A DNA stretch of 63,051 nt, the filler included, from Chrysochromulina tobinii (Eukaryota): the NCBI GenBank assembly GCA_001275005.1. It is 5 parts of 5 records of this genome, joined end to end, with 100 filler letters (N's around TTAATTAATTAA, not from the genome) between each part and the next. Parts side by side here need not be neighbours in the genome. Positions count along the whole stretch, not along the records: positions 49,905 to 57,971 come from JWZX01000939.1; positions 58,072 to 63,051 come from JWZX01000945.1; 3 more parts are not named here. One strand, 5' to 3'. Shown in pieces: positions 49,805-61,499 of this stretch. The translations under genes and the position numbers were made by a program. The notes under the pieces are model-generated. The model made no database searches. It was given only the letters and a program-made list of their open reading frames with translations, and was not told where the DNA came from. Within the stretch, counting starts at the first letter, position 1; each line of letters starts with the position of its first letter.

Positions 49805-49904
49805 NNNNNNNNNNNNNNNNNNNNNNNNNNNNNNNNNNNNNNNNNNNNTTAATTAATTAANNNNNNNNNNNNNNNNNNNNNNNNNNNNNNNNNNNNNNNN
49901 NNNN
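49805..49904. other. Artificial contig linker
   Basis: N44-TTAATTAATTAA-N44. Confidence 0.98.
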
Positions 49905-51152
49905 GGCGACGGCTTTGGCCGAGGGCTGCTGCGTGCGGCCGGGGTGACGGGCGGCACGCTCGACCTCTCGCAGAAGCTCGGCGGCGACCCGCCGACCGTG
50001 CGGCGTGTTCTGGCGGCGATGATGAAGACCACGGCGCTGACAAGTCTTTCAGTCGCCAACAACAACATCGACGGAGAGGGGGCGCAGCAGCTGGCGACGG
50101 CAGTGCTCAACTGCTCGTCGCTCGAGGTGCTCTCGGGAGTGCCGATCAAGAAGCTGCGCGCGGGAAAGCTGACAAAGCTCGACCTGCAGGGCAAGGGTCT
50201 CGGGGCGACCGAGGGCATTGTGCTGGCCGAGCTGATTCAGCTCAGCCCGGTGCTTGAAAACCTCTCCGTCGCCAACAACAACATCGACGGGGAGGCGGCG
50301 CAGCAGCTCGCGAGAGTAGTCCTCAGGAGCGCATCTCTCGAGGTCTTCTCGGAGATCCCAATCAAGAAGCTACGCGCGGACGCGCTGACGAAGCTGGACC
50401 TGAGAGGTGTTGGGGTCTCCGGCGCCCTCGTCCTCTCTGATCTGCTCAAGTTCAGCGCGGTGTTGACCTCGGTGGACCTCCGGGTCAACGACATCGGCGA
50501 CGATGGTGCCAAGGCGATCGCGGAGGCGCTGAAGGTCAACGCGGTCTTGACCAAGCTGGATTTGCACTACAACTCCATCGGCAACGACGGTGCTAAGGCG
50601 ATCGCGGAGGCGCTGAAGGTCAACGCGGTCTTGACCGAGCTGGAGTTGGGCAGCAACTCCATAGGCGAAGACGGAGCCAAGGCGATCGCGGAGGCGCTGA
50701 AGGTCAACGCGGTCTTGACCACTCTGCACCTGGACGGGAACGAGATCGGTTCGGAGGGAGCCATCGCGATCGCGGAGGCGCTCAAGGTCAACGCGGTCTT
50801 GACCTCCCTGGGCCTGAACTCCAACGACATCGGTCCAGAGGGAGCCATCGCGATCGCGGAGGCGCTGAAGGTCAACGCGGTCTTGACCACCCTCTCCCTC
50901 TGGGAAAACAGCATCGGGGACGAGGGAGCCACCGCGATCGCTCAGGCGCTGAAGGTCAACGCGGTGGTGAAGAACCTCCACCTCCAAGGCAACAGCATCT
51001 GGGACGAGGGTGCCATCGCGATCGCCGAGGCGCTGAAGGTCAACGCGGTCCTGACCAAACTGGACATCCGGATCAACAGAATGGGAGATGCAGGGGAAAA
51101 AGCAGTGCGAGACGCGGTGAAGGACCGGAGTGGATTTGTGTTGCAGCTGTAG
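49905..51152 (+). CDS. RNI-like (NLRC3-type) LRR protein, probably 5'-partial
   Basis: Seven 28-aa repeats AVLTxLxLxxNxIGxxGAxAIAEALKVN plus a capping repeat. Confidence 0.9.
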   Translation, partial: GDGFGRGLLRAAGVTGGTLDLSQKLGGDPPTVRRVLAAMMKTTALTSLSVANNNIDGEGAQQLATAVLNCSSLEVLSGVPIKKLRAGKLTKLDLQGKGLGATEGIVLAELIQLSPVLENLSVANNNIDGEAAQQLARVVLRSASLEVFSEIPIKKLRADALTKLDLRGVGVSGALVLSDLLKFSAVLTSVDLRVNDIGDDGAKAIAEALKVNAVLTKLDLHYNSIGNDGAKAIAEALKVNAVLTELELGSNSIGEDGAKAIAEALKVNAVLTTLHLDGNEIGSEGAIAIAEALKVNAVLTSLGLNSNDIGPEGAIAIAEALKVNAVLTTLSLWENSIGDEGATAIAQALKVNAVVKNLHLQGNSIWDEGAIAIAEALKVNAVLTKLDIRINRMGDAGEKAVRDAVKDRSGFVLQL

Positions 51153-51419
51153 AAAATGATTGCGAGAGCACTGTGAACATGTGTGGATCGCTGTTTTGGG
51201 GTTTGTGAAGATATTTCCTAATTTGGCAGCTGCCTTAAAAGGCGTTTTCAATAGGGTGCTGAAAAATTTACGCAAAGCGAGCGCCCAACTCGGAAAACGC
51301 AGGAAAAGTGGAAAACCGTCGCGCAAAATGCTCGCCTTCCATTCGGGAAAACCGTCGAGGCAAAAATGCTCGCCTTCCATTCGCGTTCCAATCGCGAGCT
51401 TCCAGACATCCGCTCAGGT

Positions 51420-52000
51420 CTTCCATGCTCTGGAGCTCGTGTCAAAACGAGCTCAACGACGACGCCGGGGACGCCCTCCGAACCGCCGCCCAGCCGGGAT
51501 TCCCGATCGATCTGTGACGGCTGGCGCCCAAAGCCCCGGCACGACCGCCGCCCACGGGTGCCGGCTCATCGCCTGCGTGTGCGGACCAGCCCGCCCAACC
51601 GGTCCAACTGTCCAAGATGGCGCGCAAGCGAGAGAATTACAGCGTTAGGCTGCTCACGCGCAATCCCAAGCAGGTGCGTGCTACGCTCCGTGACGCACTG
51701 TGGACCGACTTCGTCGCGCACGCCAACGCGTGCTACAAGGACGCCTTCTTGAGTGCCTTCCCCAAGCCGGTTCTTCGCTGCGTGGGGCCCCGCACGGCGT
51801 TGCGGGCCCGCACAAATTCAGCGTCAACCTGACATGCGCGAGAGCGTATCTATATGCGACGCACGGCGAGCTGCACCTCTGGACCATGAGCAGGACTTGG
51901 TCGTGACGGTGGTTGCAGGCGCTCGCGGCGCTCGCCACGTGGGACGACGGCGTCGACGGCGCATTTATCGGTGCCCGACGACCCGGCGGACGGGGCGGCA
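51420..52000 (+). pseudogene. Degenerate gene fragments (LRR C-terminal cap-like piece followed by a frameshifted unknown ORF)
   Basis: QNELNDDAGDALRTAAQPGFPIDL* resembles an LRR-gene terminus; protein-like text continues across shifting frames. Confidence 0.35.
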
Positions 52001-52318
52001 ATGGGCCGATGCTGCACAATACCAACTACAGCCGACCACGACCTGAGCCTCACACGCGCTGCAGCCCGGTAGCGCCTGTACCCCGTTCCCGCCCGTAACG
52101 GCCTGCGCTCTCAAGTTCGTAGACAACTTATTAGCCTACCCTAAGGGAACCATTTTCTGTTGTTGGACGAGTGTATGCCGCGTGCGTGAGATGATTGCTT
52201 TTCTTAAGTACTTGAAACATCCGAATCCGCGTTCCGCGGTTGATTCTTCAGAGTGATGCGAGACAGGGGGGGACGATGTGGGTCAATTCCAGATGTGTGC
52301 CCTTCGACCATCGGGTGT

Positions 52319-53750
52319 TCACTCGTATGCGGCGAGCTCTGTGGCGGCCAAGGGCGCCGTCGCGGTGGCACTCGTGCTGGAGCTCGCTTTTGGCGCGCGA
52401 GCCGGCACCGGCTTGAGCAGCGCATAGAGCACGACGCCCGCCGTGCAGATGCAGAACGAGAGCGGCTTCTGCAAGTGCGACCACAGCGCGTCGTGCCCGT
52501 CGAAGTGCGTGCTGCCGTTGACACTCGCGCCGGTCATGCACAGGTTCGGGTCGCCACGGAAGAGTTGCGCGTCGTCGCGGGCGGAGTGGCAGAATAGGAT
52601 GTGCGACAGGAGGAAGGGGAGTGCCTGCTGCGTCCCCTTGGATACTGCCACTGGCACGGTGCTCAGCCTGCGCATCGTCATCCAAAAGGCGAGCCGTGTG
52701 GAAGCCGACGAGCAGACCGCGTCCGAAGGAAATGCCTGAGGCTATCCTGAGGCTGCCCTGTCAGATGGTCCCTACCGTCTTGTGCTAGTGTGTGCCCCCT
52801 GTGTGTGGCCCTTGTCCTGGCTTGCGGCCCCCGGAGCGTGGCACCGCGCTCCGATTTCCTAATCGGGCGCGCGTTCGCCTTTCACTTAGGGGAATTGCGA
52901 TCGCTTTCCGCGAGCGCGCTTTTCTTCCTTGGGTGTGAGTCGGGGGCTGCTCGTTTGTTGTAGCTCTCTGCGCACTCCGCGTGCGACGTCTAAGGTTACT
53001 CACTACTACTCAAGTAGTCACTCTTTCCCACGGACCGTATCTTGCGTATAGAGCAGCACGACGAGGGCGGGCGTGATCGGGAAAGGAGCGCCATACTGGG
53101 CGTGAACGGGTAGGGAGCGCCATACTGGGCGCGCCATCTTGGGCGCAATCGGGATTGGAGCACCGCGCGCCGGTCCGAGCACGAGCGCGTCCCAGCGCGG
53201 CGCCGCGTAGATCAGCGTCCAGACGCCGAAGCCGAGCACGTTCACACCGAGCACGTTCACGAGTGCCCCCGCGAACGCGCACGTGGCCTCGGTGGGCCGC
53301 CCGCCCTGCGGTGCGAGCGCGAAGAGCATCTCGTTGAGGCCTAGGACGACCGCCACGACCGCCACTCATTGGCCTCTGATGGCTTCTGATGATGGCCTCT
53401 GATTGCCTCTGATTGCTTCTGATGACCGCCACACATTGGCCGTGGGTGACGTGCGTGCGCAGGAGCAGGACAGCGATGGTGCACGCAAAGAGCGTGGCCG
53501 TAGAGTGCAAGATGACGCAGAGCTGCACACCCGACTCGTCGAGCGCCACGTAGTCGAGCGCCTGCGCGAAGCCGTTGCCGACCGACGAGAGCGGCAGAGC
53601 GCAAACCATGCTGCGCGTCCAAATGCCCAGCCTCTACGAGCGATTGGCAAGCATCCACAAGCCGCCGACGAGCATCTGCGCGACGCAGGAGGCCAAGGCG
53701 AGGAGGAAGGACTCCGCGGCCGGGCCAGCGTGGTTCATGTTGATGACCGA
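52319..53750 (-). pseudogene. Disrupted DMT/EamA-like multi-pass transporter gene
   Basis: TM-rich pieces (AQALDYVAL..SGVQLCVILHST; AVSKGTQQALPFLLSHILFC; KPLSFCICTAGVVLY). Lesions: in-frame TAG at 53634-53636, a 67-nt frameshifting insertion, a ~300-nt interruption at ~52730-53040 and an apparent frameshift near 52695. Confidence 0.6.
52969..53029. repeat. 61-bp dispersed repeat, copy 2
   Basis: 60/61 identical to 32108-32168. Confidence 0.9.
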
Positions 53751-54055
53751 GCGGACGGCATTTTAGGCCGACCAAATGGACTCCTAAAGTCCAGCCCCTC
53801 TTTTCTCATTGTGAATGGGGGCTCCCCCGCCGAGCGTGAGAAGCCGGCTTGTGAGAATCCACAAGCCGGGCCGACTCCCCTGTGGGGAAAACGGGGAGGA
53901 GTGCCTAAAGTCGCGCCACGAGACATCGAAACTCAACTTTGTCAGACAACTCCATGACTGCGGAAGCGTGACGCTTGCGGAATGAGGGCGTGGCGCCTAA
54001 TGCGTTGTTTTTTCACAGCAAGTCTGCCGGAAGCCCCGTCTGAGTCCCGTGAACG

Positions 54056-57000
54056 ATGCGCGCGCCCCTCATCAACAATGACGGGCCGGCCACGTTGAGC
54101 GGCCGCGATCCACACGCGTCGCACAACAACCTCGGCATCATCAACGGCTGCTACGTCCCGGTTCTGCTCAACATCCTCGGCGCGGTTCTCTTCAGCCGCG
54201 TGGGCTTTTCGGTCGGCTTCCTCGGCTGGGCGGGTTCACTCCTCCTCTTCTGCTTCTCGGAGTCGATTGCATACCTGACGATCACCTCGTTCTCGGCGCT
54301 CGTGACCAACGGGCGCATGCGCGGCGGTGGCGCCTACTATATGATCTCGCGCTCGCTCGGCCCAGCGTTCGGAGGCTCGTGCGGCCTGCTCTTCTGGCTG
54401 ACGTACTGCCTCAACGTGACGTTCAACACGGTCGCGTTCACCGAAATGTTCGTGACGACCTTCCTGCCCGAGTGGAGCGGCGGCAACGAAGGTCAGATTG
54501 ACTGCAACGTCGAAGTCGACCCAAGCGGCAACGCGTTCGCCAACACGTTCGCGATGAGCCCCGAACAACTCAAAAAGGTCGCCGTTTCGTCCTTCACGCT
54601 CTTCCTTGTGTTCCTCGTGGGCTTCAAGGGCGCGGGCGCGTTCGCGCGTGTGAACGTCGTCATCTTCAGTGGCCTCATGCTCTCGCTCGCCGTGGGCATC
54701 GGCACCATCTGGCTCTCCCGCACACCACGTGCCATTGAGAAGAAGCTGATGTTCCTGGTGACCGACGCTGATGATTGCATGCTAATGGCCCTCTGATGGC
54801 CCTCTGATTGCATGCCCATGGCCCTCTGATGGCCCTCTGATGGCCCTTCCTCTTCGCGTGCTGAGTACCCCCTACTGGCATGCAGGTGAACCTCTCCGGC
54901 GCCCTCGAGGACATCGAAGCAGAGCTCTTGCCTTCGCGCTGGGCTGACGCTCAGAAGGGCAACCTGTCTGTGGCTTTGTTCCCTTTCGCCTGGTCCGCAG
55001 ACTGTCCCGTGGCAAGCCTCGACGGTGTCGCGCTCTCATGCGGGCCCAATGGCAAGGTGAGTACCACCGAGTACCACTGATGACCGCTGATGACCGCTGA
55101 TGACCTCTGACGGCCACTGATGACGATTTCTTCTCGCGCTTTCCGAATGGGTACAGTACGGTCTGGCGGAGACAGCGTGGCCCAAGTGGGGTATCCGCTC
55201 GTCTCAGTGTGGGTGCGCCGAGTGTGACCTCTCCCACGTGTTCGGGATCATCTTCCCTGCCGTGTGTGGGCTGATGGAGGGCGCCAATCTCTCGGGTGAT
55301 CTCGCCGACCTCTGATGACCTCTGATGACCGCTGATGACCGCTGATGACCTCTGATGACCGCTGATGACCGCTGATGACCGCTGATGACCGCTGATGACC
55401 GCTGATGACCTCTGATGACCTCTGATGACCTCTGATGACCTCTGATTGGAGGGCGCCAATCTCTCAGGTGATCTCGCCGACCCGGGATTCGCCATCCCGT
55501 ACGGCACCCTCGCGGCTGTCTCGACCGCCTTCTTTTTCTACATCATGCTCATCTTTGGTCAGGTGAGTCCTCTGATTACCTCTGATTACCTCTGATTACC
55601 TCTGATTACCTCTGATTACCTCTGATTACATCATGCTCATCTTTGGTCAGGTGAGTCCGAGGACCTCTGATTACCTCTCTGATTGCGTCCGAGTGCGTCC
55701 GAGTGCGTCTGATTGCGTTTGAGTGCATAAGTTTACCACTGATTGCCGCCCCTTGAATGCGCTCATCATCTTTCGTCTGTGTGCAGGCGGGCTCGCTCGA
55801 CCGCATCGCCCTACAATTTGACATGGATGTGATGCAGGTGAGTGCAACTGATGACCACTGATGGCCACTGATGACCACTGATGACCACTGATGACCACTG
55901 ATGACCACTGATGACCACTGATGACCACTGATGACCACTGATGACCACTGATGACCACTGATGACCACTCACAATTCGACAATGGATGTGATGCAGGATG
56001 CCTGCATCAACCAATACTTCATTGTGATGGGCATCAGCACAGCCTGCCTCTCGACCTCCCTAGGATCCCTCTTTGGAGCCTCGCGCATCTTGCAAGCCAT
56101 CGCGCGCGACAACATCTACCCGTGCCTGCGCCCGTTTGCGTACGGCTCGCGCACCGGGGACGAGCCTCGGGTCGCGATCGTGCTCTGCTGGGCTGTGGCG
56201 CAGATAGGCTTGATGCTCGGCGACCTCTCAGCTGTCGCCCCTATCTTGACCAACTTCTTTCTGATCACGTATGCGTTGACGAACCTCTCGGCCTTCTTCT
56301 TGGCAATCTCCAAGGTGCCTCCCTCATGGTCACTGAGTGCCACTGATTGGCACTGATTGCGATCTCTCAGGTGCCTCACTCATCATGGCCACTGATTGCC
56401 ACTGATTGGCACTGATTACGATCTCCCAGGTGCCTCACTCATCATGGCCACTGATTGCCACTGATTGGCACTGATTACGATCTCTCAGGTGCCCAACTAC
56501 CGGCCGCACTTCAAGTACACGCACCCGCTCCTCTCCCTCCTCGGTGCCTTCCTCACTCTCGCCGCGATGGTCTATTTGAATGCGCTCTTCGCGCTGATCA
56601 CCGTCCTCTTCGTGCTCGCCCTCTTCGTCTACATCACCTTCAGCTTCAAGGTGAGTGAATCTCGGAGTGACCTCTAATTGCCCTCTAATAGCCCTCTATT
56701 GCCCTCTAATTGCCTCTGAATGCCTACCTCATCAGGAGCACTCGCGATGGGTCGATATCTCATACGCGCTCGCATACAAGGTCGCCGTGGCCGCGCTGCG
56801 CACCATGGAAGGCCAACGGCGCGATCCCAAATATTGGAGAGCTTCCCTCGCGCTGCTCCTTCCGATCGAAGGTAACCCTCACTCCCAACCCCAAACCCCA
56901 ACCCCAACCCCAACCTTAGCTTTAACCCCAACCCCAACATCATCCTTAGCCTTAACCCCAACCCCAACTTCAATCTTAGCCTGAACCCTAACTCGCGCTG

Positions 57001-57971
57001 CTCCTCCCGATCGAAGGACGCGAAGCCACGTCGCTCTTGGGCCGCCCCTGATGACCTCCCTCATTGGGTGATGGCCTCCCTCATCAGGACGCGAAGCCAC
57101 GTCGCTCTTGGGCCGCCCCTGATGACCTCCCTCATTGGGTGATGGCCTCCCTCATCAGGACGCGAAGCCACGTCGCTCTTGGGCTGCTTCGCCTCCATCG
57201 CCTCCGGTGCGCCGATCACCGTAGGGCGCGCCGTCCTCGTGCCCACGACGACGCCCTTGGGCTCTTCACCCACGTCGCCGCCCTCGCCGCCTGGCGCCGA
57301 GCTGGGCGCGAGCGGCATGGCGGCGGCGGTGCTCAACGCGCAGCAGCTGCTCGGCGCCCAACTCGGCGCCATTCGCGCGGCCCTGCCGCTCGGCGCCCCC
57401 GACGCGTATCCGCAGGTCGTCTAATGGCCCTCTAATGGCCCTCTAATGGCCCTCTAATGGCCCTCTAATTGCCCTCTAATAGCCCTCTAATTGCCCACTA
57501 ATTGCCCACTAATTGCCGCTCGGCGCCCCCGACGCGTATCCGCAGGTCGTCGTCGGCGCTTCCTTCGTAAACGCGTGCCTCAACCTGATGCTAGGCGCCG
57601 GGATGGGCGCGTTGGCGCCCGACGCCCTCGTGATCCCGCTGCCGCCCGCGCCCTCGTCCCCGACGAGCGCCGTCCCGGGCGTACCCGAGCCCGGCGTGCC
57701 TGCCGCGACCATCCGTGCGAACATGGAGATGGAGATGGTGGTGCACGAGACGATCGCCCTTGGTCGAAACTGCCTCGTCGCTGCGAATTTCGGGTCCGCG
57801 CGCGCCGCCGAGTGCTGGGGCGCCAAGTCCCACGGCCTGCAGCTGATGGCGAGGCAGGCGGCGGAGGCCCTGAGCGGCGGCGCCGGCGCCGGCGCCGGCA
57901 CCGGCGGCACCGGCGGGGGCGGCGGCGGCAGCGGCGGCAGCGGCAGCGGCAGTGGCAGCGGCGGCAGCGGC
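54056..57971 (+). CDS. Cation-chloride cotransporter (SLC12/CCC family), multi-exon, 3' end lost at the linker
   Basis: GCYVPVLLNILGAVLFSR, TNGRMRGGGAYYMISRSLGPAFGG, FPAVCGLMEGANLSGDLADP..AIPYGT, GASRILQAIARD, APILTNFFLITYA, PNYRPHFKY. Confidence 0.93.
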
Positions 57972-58071
57972 NNNNNNNNNNNNNNNNNNNNNNNNNNNNN
58001 NNNNNNNNNNNNNNNTTAATTAATTAANNNNNNNNNNNNNNNNNNNNNNNNNNNNNNNNNNNNNNNNNNNN
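57972..58071. other. Artificial contig linker
   Basis: N44-TTAATTAATTAA-N44. Confidence 0.98.
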
Positions 58072-60434
58072 ACGACTGCTCGGGCTGGCTGCAGCGCCTC
58101 GGCGGGCTGCTCGGCTCGTCCGTCGGGGGCCAGACGGGCCGCACGCACCGCGACTCGAATAACCTCGCGGGCTTCTCGGAGGCTACGAAGGAGGCGCTGC
58201 GCGTGCTCCAGCAAGAGATGGCGGAGCTCCATCGCACCTTCCAGGCCGCCTACCCCGGCCGCAAGGGCTTCGCGATGAGCGGCACGCCGCGCGCGTCCAA
58301 GATGGCGGGCGGCGCGGCCAGCGCGCTGCTCCACCTCGGACAGACGCCGCGTACGCGCGAGCTCTTCATGTCGGGCGCGGGCACCGGCGACGGCACCGAC
58401 CGTGCGGTGCACGGCTCAACCCTCTCCGACTTTTTCGGCGTCACCTCGACGGGTGCCACCACGCAAAGCTCCCAGCAGCTGCGCGCTCGCTCGGCGGCGC
58501 CGACGGCCCTCGAGCAGCAGCTCACGCGTCGTGAGGACGCCAGCACGGCGCGTGGCGAGATCGACGGCCAGTCGCCGCCGCACAACTCGCCTCGCGGCAA
58601 CGACTCGCCAAGCCGCCCGCCCGCCCTGAAGCCCTCGGATGCCCGCGCCCGTCGTGCCCAAGCTCCGGCTGGGCGGTGGCATCAGCGGCGACTCTTGCAG
58701 CGCGCGCGCGGCGCCGGTGCCGCCGGTGAGCGTGCCCAAGATCAACATCAGCCGCACGACCGAGCCGTCGCAGCGCTCGGCGCGCGGCGCGGGCATCCCT
58801 ACGATGACGTTGCCGCCCGCGAAGCTCGACTTGGGCGCGCAGCTCGAGGCGGCCCTCGCCGAGGACGATGACATCCGTCCCCGTGCGGACGACTCAAACC
58901 AGATGTTCATGCAGGAGGTGGCCATCCTGCAGATGCAGGCCGAGGGCTGGAAGGCCGAGTGGTCGATCGCGATGCAGGAGAACGAGCGGCTTCGGATGGC
59001 CCTCTTCGACGCGGAGAATGCGCTCGAGCAGCTGCCGCCCAAGGAGGAGGGCGAGGAGGGCAACGAGGCCAATGAGGGCGCCGACGACGAGATGCAGTGG
59101 CGCGAGCTATGCACCTCGATCGCGCGCGCCGCCGACGAGGAGAAGGCGACGCTGCTCGAGGAGCTCAAGATGGTGCGCGCCGAGCTTGAGCATAAGCGCT
59201 CGACGGCCTTCTCGACGCACGACGACCAGCAGCGGGCAGAGGTCGAGGCGAACAAGGCGCGCGCGAACGCGGACAACTGGCGCGCGCAGTACGAGCGCGA
59301 GCAGGAGGAGCTCGAGCGCCTCGCCGCGCAGCTCAAGGAGATGCAATCTCGCTCCGCCGAAGCGCAGAAGACGGCGCGCGGCAACGAGCAGTCGTCGACC
59401 GGTGTCCTCGCCGCGTGGCGAGAGGCGAACAAGAAGCGCAACGAGGCCGAGGCGAAGCTGCACACGAAGAAGCGCGAGGCCGAGGCAAAGCTGACGACCG
59501 TGTACAACGAGCACCGGCAGCAGCTTGAGAAGCTCCAGATGCAGATCCAGTACAAGAAGTCGGAGCAGTCGGAGATCATGCAGCAGATGAACCGATGGCG
59601 CACGCAGTGGGAGGAGGAGATGTCGGAGAAGAACGCCGTCGCCGCCGAGCTGCTCACGCTGCGCTCCGAGTTCGAAAAGTCGTCGGGCACGTACGACAAG
59701 GAGATCGAGGGGCTCAAGGACATGCTAGAGCGAACGCGCGCCGCGTCGGCCGAGTTGCGCGACCGCTGGGAGGACGCCGTTCAGCGCAAGAATGCGATCC
59801 TCGGGCAGCTCGACGATGCGGACAAGGAGATGCAGCGTGCGATGATGTCCGCGCGCGGCGAGTCGCGCTCATTCGCGGCGACGGCGCAGCGCCTCAACGA
59901 CGCCAAGGCTGCCGCGGAGAAGATGAAGGCGCAGGCGGACCAGGCGGAGGCGGACCGCGCCGCGGCCGAGAAGGATTTGATCGCCGCGAAGGAGGAGACG
60001 TCCGGCAACGCCATCAAGCTCAACCAGGACGTCGAGAAGCTGCGCGAGAAGCTCACGGACGCCAAGATGCAGATCGAGGTGGGCGTGTCGCGCCAGCAGC
60101 AGCTCGTCGCGGCGCTCCGAGAGCTCGAGCAGGCGCAGGGCGAGAAGGACGCGGTCGCGTCCGACGCGCAGCAACAGGTGGCTGGCCTAGCGGCCGACGC
60201 GGAGAACCTGCAGAAGCTGCTCGAGAAGACGCGAGCCGAGTCGCGCGCGAAGCAGCAAAGCGCCTCGGCGCGGAGCGTGACGCGCTCAAGGACGAGCTCG
60301 CCGGGCTCAAGGCCGAGGTGGAGGAGCTGATCGTCTCGCACGACCTCGAGGTCGAGCGGCTGCACGGCAGCACTTTGAAAGTCGGAGCTTTGATTTCAGC
60401 AGACCCATTACGTACCGAGCATGATTGTCCTTAA
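58072..60434 (+). CDS. Long coiled-coil protein, 5'-partial, with apparent frameshifts near 58638 and 60265
   Basis: Heptad E/K/A/Q-rich ORF 58639-60330; protein-like text continues in adjacent frames on both sides. Confidence 0.7.
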
Positions 60435-61499
60435 GGGGCTTAGCAATAGCATGTCTGATTATAGCACCGAGTAAGATTATAAGCTTGTACCCATTCCGAC
60501 AGGATGCCGGTCACAGAGCCTGAGCGCCCCAACGAACAGGCCATACGCGAAATCATACTTCTTGTATTTTTAGAGAGAATACGATTCAGTAACGATTCAG
60601 TAACGAAGTTCCTAAAGCGAAAGCAGCGGGTGAGATTCTGATTGGTGTGAAATAGGAAAGCCTTGACTTTGTCAAGTCAAGCTTACAATTGTATACAGAA
60701 ACAACAGGCAACCATACGGTAGCCAATCGACTTGACTTGACTTGACTTGACGTGAATTTCTTCACATTCCACAGCTGCTTTTCCACAGATCGGTCAGGCG
60801 GGAGAAGAGCTCATCCACGCTTGGAATTCCTGGCTCGTCATCGTCGCCGCCTTTGCCATGGCGGCGAGAGATGGATTGGCGATGAAAATCGCTGACAGTG
60901 GCCTTGCCGCGTGCGAATCCAACAGTTTGACACTGGGTGACTTCGCCACCGGTGGGCTCTCGACCGCCGCGGAGATAGTTGCCCCGCACTAACGAAGCGA
61001 GTTCGAGACAGTCATGTGCCTGACGCAATGTCCCGTGTTCTTGGGCGTGTGCGCAGGAAACGCGGTCATGCCCACGTCTACATGCTCTTCGGTACCGCTC
61101 ACCGTCTCTCATTCCTCCATGAGCGGCTGTGGCGATGAGGCTGGCCCTGCAGTTGTAGGAGCCAAGCGTGACCTCGAGACCTCCGAGAGCGCGGGGTTCG
61201 AGCCCCAGCGCACGGAGACGGACAAGAGAGCACACGTCGAGCCGAAAGGTACGCTCCCGAATACCCTATTCGAACTCACTTGCCTCGTGTAGCTCTGACC
61301 GTGTGCCTCTCGCTCGCTTCTCGTCGTGCCACGGGTCTCGGGTGGGCAGCAGATCGTGGACGTGAGCGAGAGGGCCGAGAGCCCTCCAAGTGGCCGCGTC
61401 GTCATGAGGAGGAAAAAGGTAACCACGCTCATACTCACACGCTCATAATCGCACGCTCATACTCGCACGCTCATACTACCGCACGCTCATACTCGCACG

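Noticed and set aside
58630..60275. Programmed frameshifting in the coiled-coil gene (also near 19205)
   Set aside because: Single-base slips with no slippery heptamer or stimulator; sequencing error or decay is simpler
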